From NCBI GenBank assembly GCA_965206595.1, contig OZ242214.1:4608001-4672000 (forward strand): a stretch of DNA of 64,000 nt, in the 5' to 3' direction. This DNA is from Candidatus Latescibacterota bacterium (lineage in GTDB: Bacteria; Latescibacterota; UBA2968; UBA8231). The notes under the pieces were generated by a model. The model did not search any database, was not told the origin of the DNA, and was given only the letters and a program-made list of their open reading frames with translations. Below, one piece after another: positions 1 through 10,006 of the stretch (position 1 is the first letter of the stretch; each line of letters begins with the position of its first letter). A program made the translations under genes and the position numbers.

Positions 1-1151
1 CCCTGCGACACGCTCAGCTGCAACAGGCGGGCGGCAGCGGTGTTGGGGCTTTCCGGGGGGTTGAGGAAGAGGAAGTGCCGCGCCGCCGCCGGGGCCCCGC
101 TTTCGGCGATCGCGGTGAATTCGCGGTTGCAGAGCCTGGCGGCGAACTCGGCAGGATTGCCGATAGTGGCCGAGCAGGCGATGTAGCGGGGGTGGCTCCC
201 GCAGGCGGCGCAGATGCGGTTGAGCCTTCGGATCAGGTGCAGGACGTGGCTGCCGAAGATGCCGCTGTACGCGTGCAGCTCGTCGAGCACGACGAAGCGG
301 AGATTGGCGAGGAAGCTCTCCCAGGCTTCGCGGAAGGCGAGGATGCCGCCGTGCAGCATGTCGGGGGTGGTGATGAGGATGTGCGGTGGGTTCTCCCTGA
401 TTTTCCGGCGCTCGTGCGGCTTGGTATCGCCGTCGTAAATCTCGGCCCGCAGCTTTTCTCGGGAACCGCCGTTGAGCTCGGCCAGCAGCGACTGCAGCTC
501 GGCGTGCTGGTCCTGCTCGAGCGCCTTTAGCGGAAAGACGTAGAGGGCGCGCCCGCCGGGGTCGGCCAGCAGTGACGAGAGCACCGCGGCGTTGTAGATC
601 AGCGACTTGCCCGAGGCGGTCGGAGTCGCGACGACGACGTTGCCGCCCTCGCCGATGTGGCGGAGCGCCTCTTCCTGGTGGCTGTAGAGGCGGGGGACAG
701 CTGCCGCCTCGACGACGCGGGCAACCCCGGGACCGAGGTGATCGATCCGTTCCGCCAGTCGGCCGGGTTGCGGCGGGAGGGTGCGCTCGTGGACGATCGC
801 CTCGCCCGGTACCGTCCGTTTGAGCTGCTCGATGTAGGCGGACAGGGGTACCGAGCCGGGGGCCGCGGAGGCGAACCGGATTGGGTAGCCTGCGCCCGCC
901 GATGCCGTTGAGGGTGATGAGGCGGGCGGGCCGCCCTTCCTCGTTCCTGCCGCGGGAAGCGCCTTGCCCGGAAGAGCCGGCAGGTCACCGGGATCGATCC
1001 TGCCCTCGGCGGCGAGCTTGCGGATCTGCTCGATGCGGTCGCGCAGATCCCCGGACGCGGTTCGCTGCTCCGGCTCGGGAGGCGGCTCGGACAGACGGCC
1101 GTCCCCCGGCGGATCCTCGGGGAACTCCGAGGGATCGATCCTGCGAATCAT
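1..1151 (-). CDS. DEAD/DEAH-box helicase, MrfA/YprA (DUF1998-type) family; 3' end runs off the window
   Basis: Not in the ORF track; translated by hand on the minus strand from ATG 1151: LYSHQEEA (Q motif), VVATPTASGKSLIY (Walker A), YVFPLKALEQDQ, YDGDT, ITTPDMLH, VVLDELHAYSGIFGSHV (DExH), SATIGNP. Confidence 0.88.
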   Translation of the reverse strand, partial: MIRRIDPSEFPEDPPGDGRLSEPPPEPEQRTASGDLRDRIEQIRKLAAEGRIDPGDLPALPGKALPAAGTRKGGPPASSPSTASAGAGYPIRFASAAPGSVPLSAYIEQLKRTVPGEAIVHERTLPPQPGRLAERIDHLGPGVARVVEAAAVPRLYSHQEEALRHIGEGGNVVVATPTASGKSLIYNAAVLSSLLADPGGRALYVFPLKALEQDQHAELQSLLAELNGGSREKLRAEIYDGDTKPHERRKIRENPPHILITTPDMLHGGILAFREAWESFLANLRFVVLDELHAYSGIFGSHVLHLIRRLNRICAACGSHPRYIACSATIGNPAEFAARLCNREFTAIAESGAPAAARHFLFLNPPESPNTAAARLLQLSVSQ

Positions 1152-1669
1152 GGGATTTTCGATGCTCCTGCTGAAGCTTGCCGGCCGAGGGGGGAGGGGA
1201 AGCCGGAAACTGCACGAATGGACAAGTGCCCGCAAGTATACTGCCGGAAATCGATTCTTGGCAAACAAATTCGCGCCGGACAACCGTTGCCGCCCGAGAC
1301 CAGCCCGCGGTAACCGGAGGCAGTGCCCCGGCCCGAATGGACACCGATCCGCCAAGGCCGTGCTGCTCGCCGGAACCGAAGGCGGTCACGGTCGGCGGGC
1401 TGCGTCGACGGCGCCTTGCGGATGATCCGGCGCGGTCTCCAACTGTGCGCCTGACAGGTCGAAGCGGGTAAAGGGCGGCTGCTTCACCGGCGGTGCGCCG
1501 GAAAGATTGGGCAGGTGAGACAGGGCACAGGCAAATCATTAGCTTGAGCGCACGGTCTGACCCGCAACCGATACCCGGCGAGAAGGCAGGGTGCCGGTTG
1601 AAGCGTGAGTCACACCGAAAACCGGTTGTAATTATTGACCTTGACAGGACATGAACCCGGAGTGGCCGA

Positions 1670-3208
1670 ATGAACAAACCGAAACTGATCTATTACAACG
1701 ACGCGCGGCACTACAGCTTCTACCGCTACGACCCGCCGATGAGCCTGCACCAGCTGCGGCAACCGGTCGACGAGCTGCTCGGCACCGGGGTAGATACCCT
1801 GTCCTACGGCCTGGCCTCGGGGCAGACCTTCTTTCACGACACCCGGGTGGGTGTGCAGTGGGGGGACGTCGACGGCCGCCACAACCACGGGGTGATGTGG
1901 TGGCGGGCAGCCGAGAACGCCAGGCAGGCAATCGCCGCCGGCAACGACGTGCTGCGCGTGGTAGTCGACAGGGCTCGCGAAAAGGGGCTGCAGGTTCTGT
2001 GCAGCATGCGCATGAACGACTCGTCGACCGAATCCAACCTCTATATGATGAGCCGTCTCAAACGCGAGCATCCCGAGGTGATGATCGGGGAGGAAGCCGG
2101 CGGCGGCCATCCGCACGCGGCCACCTGCGAGGACTACGCCCGTGCCGAGGTGCGCGAGGAGCGGCTGCGCCTGATCGAGGAGGTCATGGAGTACGGACCC
2201 TGCGGCCTGGAGATGGACCCCTACGTCGGGGTTTTTTTCCAGCCCTCCCGGGCGCGCGAGAACGCCGGCATACTGACCGGGTTCGTGCGCGAGGTGCGCG
2301 CCATGTTCGACCGCCTCGGGAAGGAGCGGGGGGAGCGGCTCTGCCTTGCTTCGAGGGTGTACCCCGCGGAGGAGCAGAACCTCGCCATCGGCATGGACGT
2401 GCGCACCTGGATGCGAGAGGGGCTGGTCGACCTGGTCGTTCCCAAACCGGAGCAGATGTTGTTCCCGGAAATGGACATCGGTTGGCTTCTCGACGCCGCC
2501 GGCGAAGCCGGGACCTGGGTGTACGTGCCGCTCGGTCGCGAGCCCTACGACGACCGCCACCAGTCGCCGACCATCGCAATGCGGAGGGCAGCGGCCACCA
2601 ATTTCCACGCCATGGGAGCGGACGGGGTATACCTGTCCGACCTGAAGTGGCCGCACGGCAACGACAGCTACCAGGCGCTGCGCGAGCTCGGGGATCCCGA
2701 CATCTACGCGCGCAAGAGCAAGCAGTACCTGGTGCCGGTGCGGGATGCGGAGCCGGATGAATTCGCCCCCGAGCGGCATCTGCCCAGGGAGCTGGACGAG
2801 GGTGTCGGCGCCGCAGTGCCGTTCCTGGTCGGCGACCGCCTGCGGGACGCGGAGGCGGACGGGGAGATCGACCGCGTCGAGCTGGGCGTGCGCATCGTTC
2901 AGTACTGCCCCGAGGACGAGCTGGCGTTCACCTTCAACGGAACGGAGATAACGCCGGCGCGGACCAGCCATTTCTACGGCGGCCTGGTGTCGTACGCGGC
3001 CGCACGCGGGGGTTTGCCGGTGCGTATCGACACCCATTACTGGTTCAGCTTCGACCTGCCGAGCGCACTGGTGCTGGAGGGGGCTAACGAGCTGCAGGTG
3101 GTGTTGCAGCGCCGGTATGCGCCGCTGCAATCGACGCGGGTGCTGCAGTCGGTTGAGCTGCGGATCGACTACGTCGAGCCGTTCGCCACCGTCGGCGGGC
3201 AGATGTAG
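1670..3208 (+). CDS. Glycosyl hydrolase-like (GHL10/DUF187-like TIM barrel) protein
   Basis: 512-aa ORF with IYYNDA, SMRMND, DYARAEVRE, GLEMD and GADGVYL segments typical of this family; coding-like codon usage. Confidence 0.65.
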   Translation: MNKPKLIYYNDARHYSFYRYDPPMSLHQLRQPVDELLGTGVDTLSYGLASGQTFFHDTRVGVQWGDVDGRHNHGVMWWRAAENARQAIAAGNDVLRVVVDRAREKGLQVLCSMRMNDSSTESNLYMMSRLKREHPEVMIGEEAGGGHPHAATCEDYARAEVREERLRLIEEVMEYGPCGLEMDPYVGVFFQPSRARENAGILTGFVREVRAMFDRLGKERGERLCLASRVYPAEEQNLAIGMDVRTWMREGLVDLVVPKPEQMLFPEMDIGWLLDAAGEAGTWVYVPLGREPYDDRHQSPTIAMRRAAATNFHAMGADGVYLSDLKWPHGNDSYQALRELGDPDIYARKSKQYLVPVRDAEPDEFAPERHLPRELDEGVGAAVPFLVGDRLRDAEADGEIDRVELGVRIVQYCPEDELAFTFNGTEITPARTSHFYGGLVSYAAARGGLPVRIDTHYWFSFDLPSALVLEGANELQVVLQRRYAPLQSTRVLQSVELRIDYVEPFATVGGQM

Positions 3209-3299
3209 AGGCGGGGGAAAAGCCGGAACCGCAGGTTGGGCAGGAGTTACCTGGGCGGAGGACAGGGGGAGAGTGGCGAGGCGTAACAGGAGAATGGGG

Positions 3300-4667
3300 A
3301 TGTTCAGCGAACTGCTTGCAGAGCGTGAAGCGAAGGGGGATCCGATCCGCGTCGGCGTCATCGGCGCCGGCAAGTTCGGCAGCGGCCTGGTGGTGCAGCT
3401 CTCCAGGGTTCCCGGGATGCGCGCCGCCGCGGTCGCCGACCTGCGCCTTCAGCAGGCGCGCGATGCGTACACCAGCTGCGGACTGGAAGCCGCCGCGGTC
3501 GTCGAAGCGCGGACAGCGGGGCAGGTCGACGACGCCGTTCGCCGGAGCCGCCCGGTGATCGCCGAGGACGCGAGCCTGATCGCGAGCGCCGGGTCCATCG
3601 ACGTCGTGGTCGAGGCGACGGGGATTCCCGAGGCCGGGGCGGGCAACGCCACCGCTGCCATCGACAGCGGCAAGCACCTGGTAATGGTAAACATCGAGAC
3701 CGACGTGACCATTGGAGCCCTGCTCAAAGCCAGGGCGGACGAGGCCGGGGTGGTCTACACCCTGGTCGACGGCGACCAGCCCGGGTGCATCATGCACATG
3801 GTGGAGTGGGCGCGCACTCTCGGTTTCGAGATCGTCGCTGCCGGCAGGGGGACGATCTACATGAAGGGGGACCGCGAGGGGACCCCCGATTCGGCCGCCG
3901 CCCGCTTCCGGTTCGACGGAGAGACCCTGTCCCGGCGCCACATCAACCTGAAGATGTACAACTCGTTCCGGGACGGCACCAAGGCGCAGCTCGAGATGAC
4001 GGCGCTGTCCAACATGACGGGCCTGCCCCCGGACGTGCGCGGCATGCACGAGCCCTCCTGCAACCTCGAGGATATTCCGCGCGCCTTCAGCCTGAAGGAG
4101 GAAGGCGGGCTGCTGCACCGGCACGGGGTCGTCGAGCTCGCCAACAGCGTCGCCGCCGACGGCGTCACCATGCTGCCGAACCCGCTGCTGATGGGGGTGT
4201 TCGCGGTGATTCGCGCCGACCACCCCTTCATCCGGGAGGACCTGGCGGCTTACGACTGCCTCCCGGGCGGGGACGGCAACTTCCTGCTCTACCGCCCCTA
4301 CCACCTGGTGGCGGTGGAGGCGCCGATGTCGATCGCCCGGGCCGTCCTCTACGGCAAGCCGACCGGGGCGCCGCGCGAGGTGCCGGTCGCCGAGGTGATC
4401 GCCGTGGCCAAGCGCGGCCTGAGGAAAGGGGAGAGGCTGGACGGCGGCGGCGGATTCACCGTCAACGGGGTCATCGAGAAGGCCGAGGTTGCGCGCCGCG
4501 ACAGGCTGCTTCCCCTCGGACTGGCCAGCGGAATCGAGCTGTCGCGGGACGTCGCCGCGGGTGAGGCGATCTCTTGCCAGGACGTTATCCTGAACGAGGA
4601 GTTGCCGATCCTGAAGCTGCGTCGGGACCAGGACCGGCTGGTGGCCTCGAGGATGGCAGAAAGCTGA
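3300..4667 (+). CDS. NAD(P)-dependent oxidoreductase, homoserine dehydrogenase-like with C-terminal SAF domain (COG4091)
   Basis: IRVGVIGAGKFG Rossmann motif, VVEATG, DGDQPG, DGTK, RPYHL, AVAKR..LDGGGG SAF domain; AGGAG RBS upstream (alternative start 3294). Confidence 0.85.
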   Translation: MFSELLAEREAKGDPIRVGVIGAGKFGSGLVVQLSRVPGMRAAAVADLRLQQARDAYTSCGLEAAAVVEARTAGQVDDAVRRSRPVIAEDASLIASAGSIDVVVEATGIPEAGAGNATAAIDSGKHLVMVNIETDVTIGALLKARADEAGVVYTLVDGDQPGCIMHMVEWARTLGFEIVAAGRGTIYMKGDREGTPDSAAARFRFDGETLSRRHINLKMYNSFRDGTKAQLEMTALSNMTGLPPDVRGMHEPSCNLEDIPRAFSLKEEGGLLHRHGVVELANSVAADGVTMLPNPLLMGVFAVIRADHPFIREDLAAYDCLPGGDGNFLLYRPYHLVAVEAPMSIARAVLYGKPTGAPREVPVAEVIAVAKRGLRKGERLDGGGGFTVNGVIEKAEVARRDRLLPLGLASGIELSRDVAAGEAISCQDVILNEELPILKLRRDQDRLVASRMAES

Positions 4668-4784
4668 CCGCACCAGGAGCCGGGAGGGGTAATGCGCCTG
4701 TCAGCAGGAACTTCGAGCGCGGCCGGCTCGATCAATGCCGGCAGGAGCGAGCCCTGCCTTCCCGCGTAGCGCTCCGGGGCTTGG

Positions 4785-4814
4785 CAGCCCGTTGAATAAG
4801 TCCATCTGGGCTGC
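4785..4814 (+). repeat. Short dispersed repeat (related copies at 9933-9960 minus and 60625-60652 plus)
   Basis: CAGCCCGTTGAATAAGTCCATCTGGGCTG vs CAGCCGTTGAAAAGTCCACCCGGGCTG vs CAACCCGCTGAAAAAGCCGTCCGGGCTG. Confidence 0.55.
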
Positions 4815-4927
4815 GGCCGGTCCGACACTCCGCACCAAGGCATCGGATTTTCGAGGATATCCGGATCGCGGGAGCCGCGCCGCAGGGCCACGGCTACGCA
4901 CCGCAGTGGCGCCCGCTCCGCCGCCGG

Positions 4928-6721
4928 CTACTCCCGCACCACCGCCAGGGTGCCACGGCGTTTTCCTCCGTCGGCGTCGAGCACGTAGTAGTAGAGACCG
5001 GAGCCGACCAGCCTGCCCGCTTCGTTGCGGCCGTCCCACACAACTTCGTACTCCCGCGCCAGGCGCTTCTCGAGGTCGAGCCGGCGCACCAGCCTTCCAT
5101 CGGCGCTGAAGATCGACAGCTCCCCGGAACCGGCGCTGTCGAGCATGTACCGGAAGCAGGTCAGCGAAGGGGGGCACTCCGATGAGTGCCCATTATGCTC
5201 GTCACCCCGGCCAAGGAAGAACGGGTTGGGAAACCAATGCCCGAGGACGACCTCGGCCGGTAACCGCCCCCCCGTCATGCCGGATCCGTACTGCGCCGAT
5301 ACCGAGTACGGAAAGCCGATCCCTGCAAAAGCGGTGTTGCTGACGACGAGCACTACCGCACTGTAGAAGTTCCAGTCGACCACTTCGACCGGGGTGTTCC
5401 TGTCGAGCGCCTTCACTTCAACGCTGTCCGGCGACACCAGCGCCAGCCTGCGCAGCCAGCGCAAGCCCTCGAAATCGGTGGAGATCGTGACTCCCCCCTC
5501 GCCCAGGGGTTCCAGCACCAGGTAGGCGCTGGCGAGGTGATCGACGCGGCCGCTGTCCTCCAGCGCATCGTCGCCGACCTGGCGCGGATGCACCTCGATG
5601 ACCGGATACTTGTGGCCCTCCCCGTAGAACCCCTCCCGGTGCCGCTCCCCGGTGAAGTAGTTCCAGACCGCGAACTCGTTGACCGCCTCGCCGAGGCCCC
5701 CGAAGGATTGAAGAGCGCGCTGGAAGTTCTCCAGCGAGGCACTTTCGCGACGGGCGTGCTCTTCCCAGATCTCCCGCACCACCTGGCGGCCGTAGCGCTG
5801 GTCGAGGAAGTGGGAGAAAATCGCCGAGCCGTAGACCCGCCTGCCCGGCGATGGGCTCTCGAGCGAGCGTTCAGGCGACCGTATGAAATCGCACAGGTAC
5901 TGCAGGTAGTCGTCCGCCTCGGGGTAGGCGACGTCCTCCATCCAGGTGGCCGAGGACTCCTGCCACCAGTACCCCTCGCTCCCCCGGTAGTAGCCGAACT
6001 GGATCATGTGGAAGAACTCGTGTGCCAGGGTGACCCGCAGGGCGGTCAGCTCGCGCGCGCCGCGGGCGCCGTCGCAGCTGCTCGGGCGGCCGAAGATCGA
6101 CTCGGTGAAATTGTTGTCGATGCGCAGGTAGGAAGGCCCCCTCGGGCCGTTTCCCTCTGGCTGGGTGAACCCGTAGTAGCCGCCGAGGATCTGCTCGATG
6201 TAGACGTCGTACTCGTCCCCGCCTCCCAGGCCCCCGTCGCTGGGCGGGGGGTCGTAGCCGAGGACCTCGACCTCGAGGTGCCACATGCTGTCGATGGCGG
6301 CCGCGGTCACGTCGACGTAGTCGGGGATGCCGTTGGCGTCCCTGTCGGCAGGATCGACGGCGTGCTCCCCCTCGATGTCGAAGTGGATGCGGAAGCGCCC
6401 GGACGGGCTCAGCACCTGGCGCGACAGCGTGGGCCGGGCCAGGGCCTTGGCGAGGGCGCTGCCGTACCCGGGACTCGACCCGTCGCGGGCGTCCAGGGCG
6501 TCGAGGATCAGGGGGGTGGCGCAGCCTCGCGGCCCGGGGTTCTCATCGCGGTATTCCGCGGGAAGGGAGTCGGGCTCCAGGGTCTCGTAGACCCCGTAGA
6601 GCAGGGCGGTCTCGGTATCGAGGAGGCCGGATTCGCGGGCCTCCGCGATGAGGGGATTAGCCGGCGCCGCGTCAGGAGCGGCGGTGAGGGCGGCGATCGA
6701 CAGCAGAAAAAGGGTGCGCAA
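4928..6721 (-). CDS. Secreted zinc metalloprotease (MXAN_6640-like) with C-terminal FlgD-Ig/T9SS-like domain
   Basis: Signal peptide; GCATP, DANGIPDYVD, AHEFFHMIQFGY (HExxH), WWQESSATWMED; C-terminal FPNPF...WDGRNEAGRLVGSGLYYY. Confidence 0.8.
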   Translation of the reverse strand: MRTLFLLSIAALTAAPDAAPANPLIAEARESGLLDTETALLYGVYETLEPDSLPAEYRDENPGPRGCATPLILDALDARDGSSPGYGSALAKALARPTLSRQVLSPSGRFRIHFDIEGEHAVDPADRDANGIPDYVDVTAAAIDSMWHLEVEVLGYDPPPSDGGLGGGDEYDVYIEQILGGYYGFTQPEGNGPRGPSYLRIDNNFTESIFGRPSSCDGARGARELTALRVTLAHEFFHMIQFGYYRGSEGYWWQESSATWMEDVAYPEADDYLQYLCDFIRSPERSLESPSPGRRVYGSAIFSHFLDQRYGRQVVREIWEEHARRESASLENFQRALQSFGGLGEAVNEFAVWNYFTGERHREGFYGEGHKYPVIEVHPRQVGDDALEDSGRVDHLASAYLVLEPLGEGGVTISTDFEGLRWLRRLALVSPDSVEVKALDRNTPVEVVDWNFYSAVVLVVSNTAFAGIGFPYSVSAQYGSGMTGGRLPAEVVLGHWFPNPFFLGRGDEHNGHSSECPPSLTCFRYMLDSAGSGELSIFSADGRLVRRLDLEKRLAREYEVVWDGRNEAGRLVGSGLYYYVLDADGGKRRGTLAVVRE

Positions 6722-6742
6722 CTTCAGTGGTCGGTCGGCGGC

Positions 6743-8734
6743 TCAGCGCAGGACGGCGATCCTGTCGCGGCGCAGCAGTTCGCCGTTCTCGTCGCGGATC
6801 GAGTAGATGTAGACACCGCTGCCGACGATGAACCCGGCATCGTTGACGCCGCGCCAGCGGATCTCGTTGCTGAGCTCGTTCTGGGCTTCCTCGCGCCCGG
6901 TCCAGAGCAGTTCGCCGGCCAGAGAGGCGATCTGCACACGCGAGAACAGGGGAAGGCCGCTGAAGGCGAGGTATTTGTCCTGTTGCGGAGCAAACGGGTT
7001 CGGGTAGACGACGATGTCGTCGGCAGGCACGAGGCGCACGTTCTGGAACGCCCTGTTGTCGCTCTCGCTCGTCTCTTCGATTTCGCCCTCCGGGTCGACC
7101 TCGACGAGAAACACCATCTCGCCGTAGCGCTGCCAGGGAATGGAGATGTCGTCGACGGCGCCTGCGGGCAGCGGTCCCGGGCGCCGTTCGTCGAAAACGA
7201 CCCGGCAACCGGTGGAATCGTGGGCGCACCGGGATAGGCGGACGCGAAAGGCATCCTCCAAAGGGGCGGCCCCGATGTTGCCGACGCGGACCCTGAGGTT
7301 GTCCTCGGCATCCCCCTTCAGATCGCCGCCGGAAACCATCAGGTTCGGGAGGCTGTCGCCCGTCCCGAACTGCGCCAGGGTGGCCACGGTCAGACGGGTG
7401 ACGCCGGCGACGAGTTCCCAGTTGACGCTGTCCGGCAGGTCGCGGACGGTGTGGTACTGCGTGTTCAACCGGTACAGGCCCCCGCGCACGCCGGCGGTCG
7501 TCGAGTCTGTCGGCAGGTAGTTCTCGATCCCGAGGACGGCGTCGTAGCCGCGCGCCCAGAACGGGGCGTGATCGCTGAGGCCGGCGTACGGGTCTTCGAG
7601 CAGGTCGACGCGCAGGCCTATGCCGTAGCGCTCGTTGGCGGAGCGCAGCAGGTCGACGAGCCAGAGCGACTCGGGGTTGGAGACCAGCTCGATGCGGTCG
7701 TGGAGGTCGTTGAACCCGATCATGTCGAAGTTCAGCACCCCGAGAATGCGCTCGTCGCCGGCCAGGGCCTCGCCGGCGTAGTGGCGGCTGCCCCAGAGTC
7801 CGAGCTCCTCGCCCGACCAGGCGATGAAGCGGATCGACCAGGGAAACTGTCTGCCGCCGAGCACCCGGGCCGACTCGAGGACGAGGGCGACGCCGCTGGC
7901 GTTGTCGTCGGCCCCGGGAGCCGGATCGGTGCGCCAGTCCCAGCCGCGCGAACGGGTGCCGATGGCGTCGTAGTGGGCGCAGACGATGTAGTACCCGGCA
8001 TCCGGGTCGCTGCCGGACAGCTCGCCGATGACGTTGTACATGACGCTGTCCCCCTCGGAGATGGTGAACTCCTGCAGGCGCACGGCGTCGTCGCCGAGGG
8101 CCGCGGCGAGCTGCTCGCGAATGTAGCGGGTCGACTCGAAGGTCTCGGGACGGCGCGCGAAGCGGGTACGGAGGTTTGCCTCGACGCTGCCTTGGGAAGG
8201 GTCGATGAGCGACAGGCGCTCGATGTGATCCCTGAGCAGGTCGGTGTCGACTTCCGCGATCGCCTCCTCGACTCCGGCGGCGGCCGCAGGGGCCGTCCGC
8301 TTGTGCCGTGGGGCCGGTACCCATCCATCCACCGCATACCGGTCCGGCAAGGGGTAGAGGAAGATCTGATCGTCGTGAACGCGCCCGAAGTCGGCTTCCC
8401 CGATTTTCGACAGGCCCCAACCGCGGCGGTCCAGGTAGAGGAGTTCCTGTCCCTGCGGCAGGGGGAAATGGAGGTGGTCGCTGAGGTACCAGTCCTCGTC
8501 CGCGCCAGCGGTCCCGGTGGCGGCGATTTCGAATCCCAGCTCAGCGATCCGCGCGCGGGCGGCCGAGTCCGCCTCGACCACCGCGATCCCCGGGGCGATG
8601 TAGCGGGGGACGAGATCCTCATCCAGCGCCGCCAATTGGGACGGCTGCGACCAGCGCAGCACGAGCAGCTCCCGGGCGGAGCCGGCGCCGGCGAGAAGGC
8701 AGAGGATGACGGCGCCCGTGGCCAGCCGCATCAT
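6743..8734 (-). CDS. Secreted M28-family aminopeptidase with CARDB-like and FlgD-Ig/T9SS-like domains
   Basis: Start MMRLATGAVILCLL (signal peptide); CAHYD, PGADDNASG, SGEELGL, LNFDMIG, SDHAPF, YHT; C-terminal YPNPF...WRGVNDAGFIVGSGVYIY. Confidence 0.87.
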   Translation of the reverse strand: MMRLATGAVILCLLAGAGSARELLVLRWSQPSQLAALDEDLVPRYIAPGIAVVEADSAARARIAELGFEIAATGTAGADEDWYLSDHLHFPLPQGQELLYLDRRGWGLSKIGEADFGRVHDDQIFLYPLPDRYAVDGWVPAPRHKRTAPAAAAGVEEAIAEVDTDLLRDHIERLSLIDPSQGSVEANLRTRFARRPETFESTRYIREQLAAALGDDAVRLQEFTISEGDSVMYNVIGELSGSDPDAGYYIVCAHYDAIGTRSRGWDWRTDPAPGADDNASGVALVLESARVLGGRQFPWSIRFIAWSGEELGLWGSRHYAGEALAGDERILGVLNFDMIGFNDLHDRIELVSNPESLWLVDLLRSANERYGIGLRVDLLEDPYAGLSDHAPFWARGYDAVLGIENYLPTDSTTAGVRGGLYRLNTQYHTVRDLPDSVNWELVAGVTRLTVATLAQFGTGDSLPNLMVSGGDLKGDAEDNLRVRVGNIGAAPLEDAFRVRLSRCAHDSTGCRVVFDERRPGPLPAGAVDDISIPWQRYGEMVFLVEVDPEGEIEETSESDNRAFQNVRLVPADDIVVYPNPFAPQQDKYLAFSGLPLFSRVQIASLAGELLWTGREEAQNELSNEIRWRGVNDAGFIVGSGVYIYSIRDENGELLRRDRIAVLR

Positions 8735-9018
8735 GAGCCGCGGTCCGCTGAAAAGGCCGATTGGGGGTGCCTCGGTGGCCGCATGCGGCGCTCCATTTCC
8801 TCCCTGAAGTCCCGCTTCGATCCGGTCTGCGTCCGCGGGCGGATGCGCTCCACCTTGTCTCCGGCCTCGCGCTCCGGTGAGGTGATCCGCCCGGCCGCCC
8901 CGACGACCCGGCCCCGCCTTCATCTGCGGCTCCGTTGTCCCGTTTCGCATCCACCCCGCAGATCTCGCTGCCAATCGCCGCTGCTTCCTGACCATCCATC
9001 CAGTTCCCTGGCCCTTGC

Positions 9019-9774
9019 TCAGCTGCCGGCGAAGCGGGTGCGGTGGCTCATGACATTGACCTGCGGCCGGTACCCGAGGACTTCCCTGGCGACGGAGATG
9101 TCGAGAAAGCCGGCGTGGCCTTCCCAGACGTTTTCCGAGGTGCCGTAGGTGATGAGGAATTTCTCCTCCCCCTCGTAGTCGACGGCGAGGCCGAACAGCT
9201 GCGCCGCGTCGACCGGGGCCAGCAGGGTGCTGCAGAGGCGCAGGCTTCCCGGTTCGGGGTTTCCAGTGAAGGTGCCGATGCGGATGCTGATGAAGCGGCG
9301 GCCGTACACGTTTACGAGGTGCATGCCGGCGATCTCGGCCATTCCCTTCATGGCGCCGTACCAGCCGTCCGGGTTGAACTGGTCGGCGGTGGAGAAGACC
9401 GGCGGGTCGGCGATGCGCTCGTTCCACCCGGTGGCGTGGTTGGAGCTGGCGTAGACGATCTTGCCGGCGCCGGCCCGGTGGGCGATCTCGAACAGCTGCA
9501 TGTTCATGGCGATGTCGGACATCCCCGCATCCGGCTCGCCGATTCTGTCCGCTCTCAGGTAGACGAGGGCCACCACCACCTCCTGCTCCGCGCAGACCTC
9601 GGCGGCGAAGGCCGGGTCGGTAAGCTCGCCGATCGCGGTGCGGGATTGCGCCCCCTCGATCTCCCTGACGTCGGTGAGGGTCAGCTCGTAGCGGTCGTCT
9701 GCTTCCCAGGACCGCCACAAGGCGCTGCCGACCACGCCGGCGGCCCCGGTTACGAGCACGCGTTTCTTTGTCAT
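9019..9774 (-). CDS. NAD-dependent epimerase/dehydratase (uronate dehydrogenase-like extended SDR)
   Basis: VLVTGAAGVVG, YASSNH, PDGWYGAMK (YxxxK), SIRIG. Confidence 0.85.
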   Translation of the reverse strand: MTKKRVLVTGAAGVVGSALWRSWEADDRYELTLTDVREIEGAQSRTAIGELTDPAFAAEVCAEQEVVVALVYLRADRIGEPDAGMSDIAMNMQLFEIAHRAGAGKIVYASSNHATGWNERIADPPVFSTADQFNPDGWYGAMKGMAEIAGMHLVNVYGRRFISIRIGTFTGNPEPGSLRLCSTLLAPVDAAQLFGLAVDYEGEEKFLITYGTSENVWEGHAGFLDISVAREVLGYRPQVNVMSHRTRFAGS

Positions 9775-10006
9775 CTGATAGTCCGTTGTTGAAGGTCGGC
9801 ACGGCTGGAAGGCCGTGCAGGTCTGGGGGTGGTTGAAACTCGCTTCAACGGCGGAGTGGTGCAATCCGCCCGTGCCTGCTTGCCCCCCCCGGGCGCGACG
9901 CGGATTTTTCGGCCGAACGAATCCCGCCTTTGGCAGCCCGGGTGGACTTTTCAACGGCTGTTCAGGCGGCTCGCGCATCCGCCGCACCCAACGAGACGAG
10001 GGATCC

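Noticed and set aside
1152-1669. ncRNA or ORF in the divergent intergenic region
   Set aside because: No recognisable RNA family or credible coding signal
6743-9802. 1019-aa apparent fusion ORF
   Set aside because: Its N-terminal part is an off-frame read of the epimerase; the real M28 gene starts at 8734 with a signal peptide
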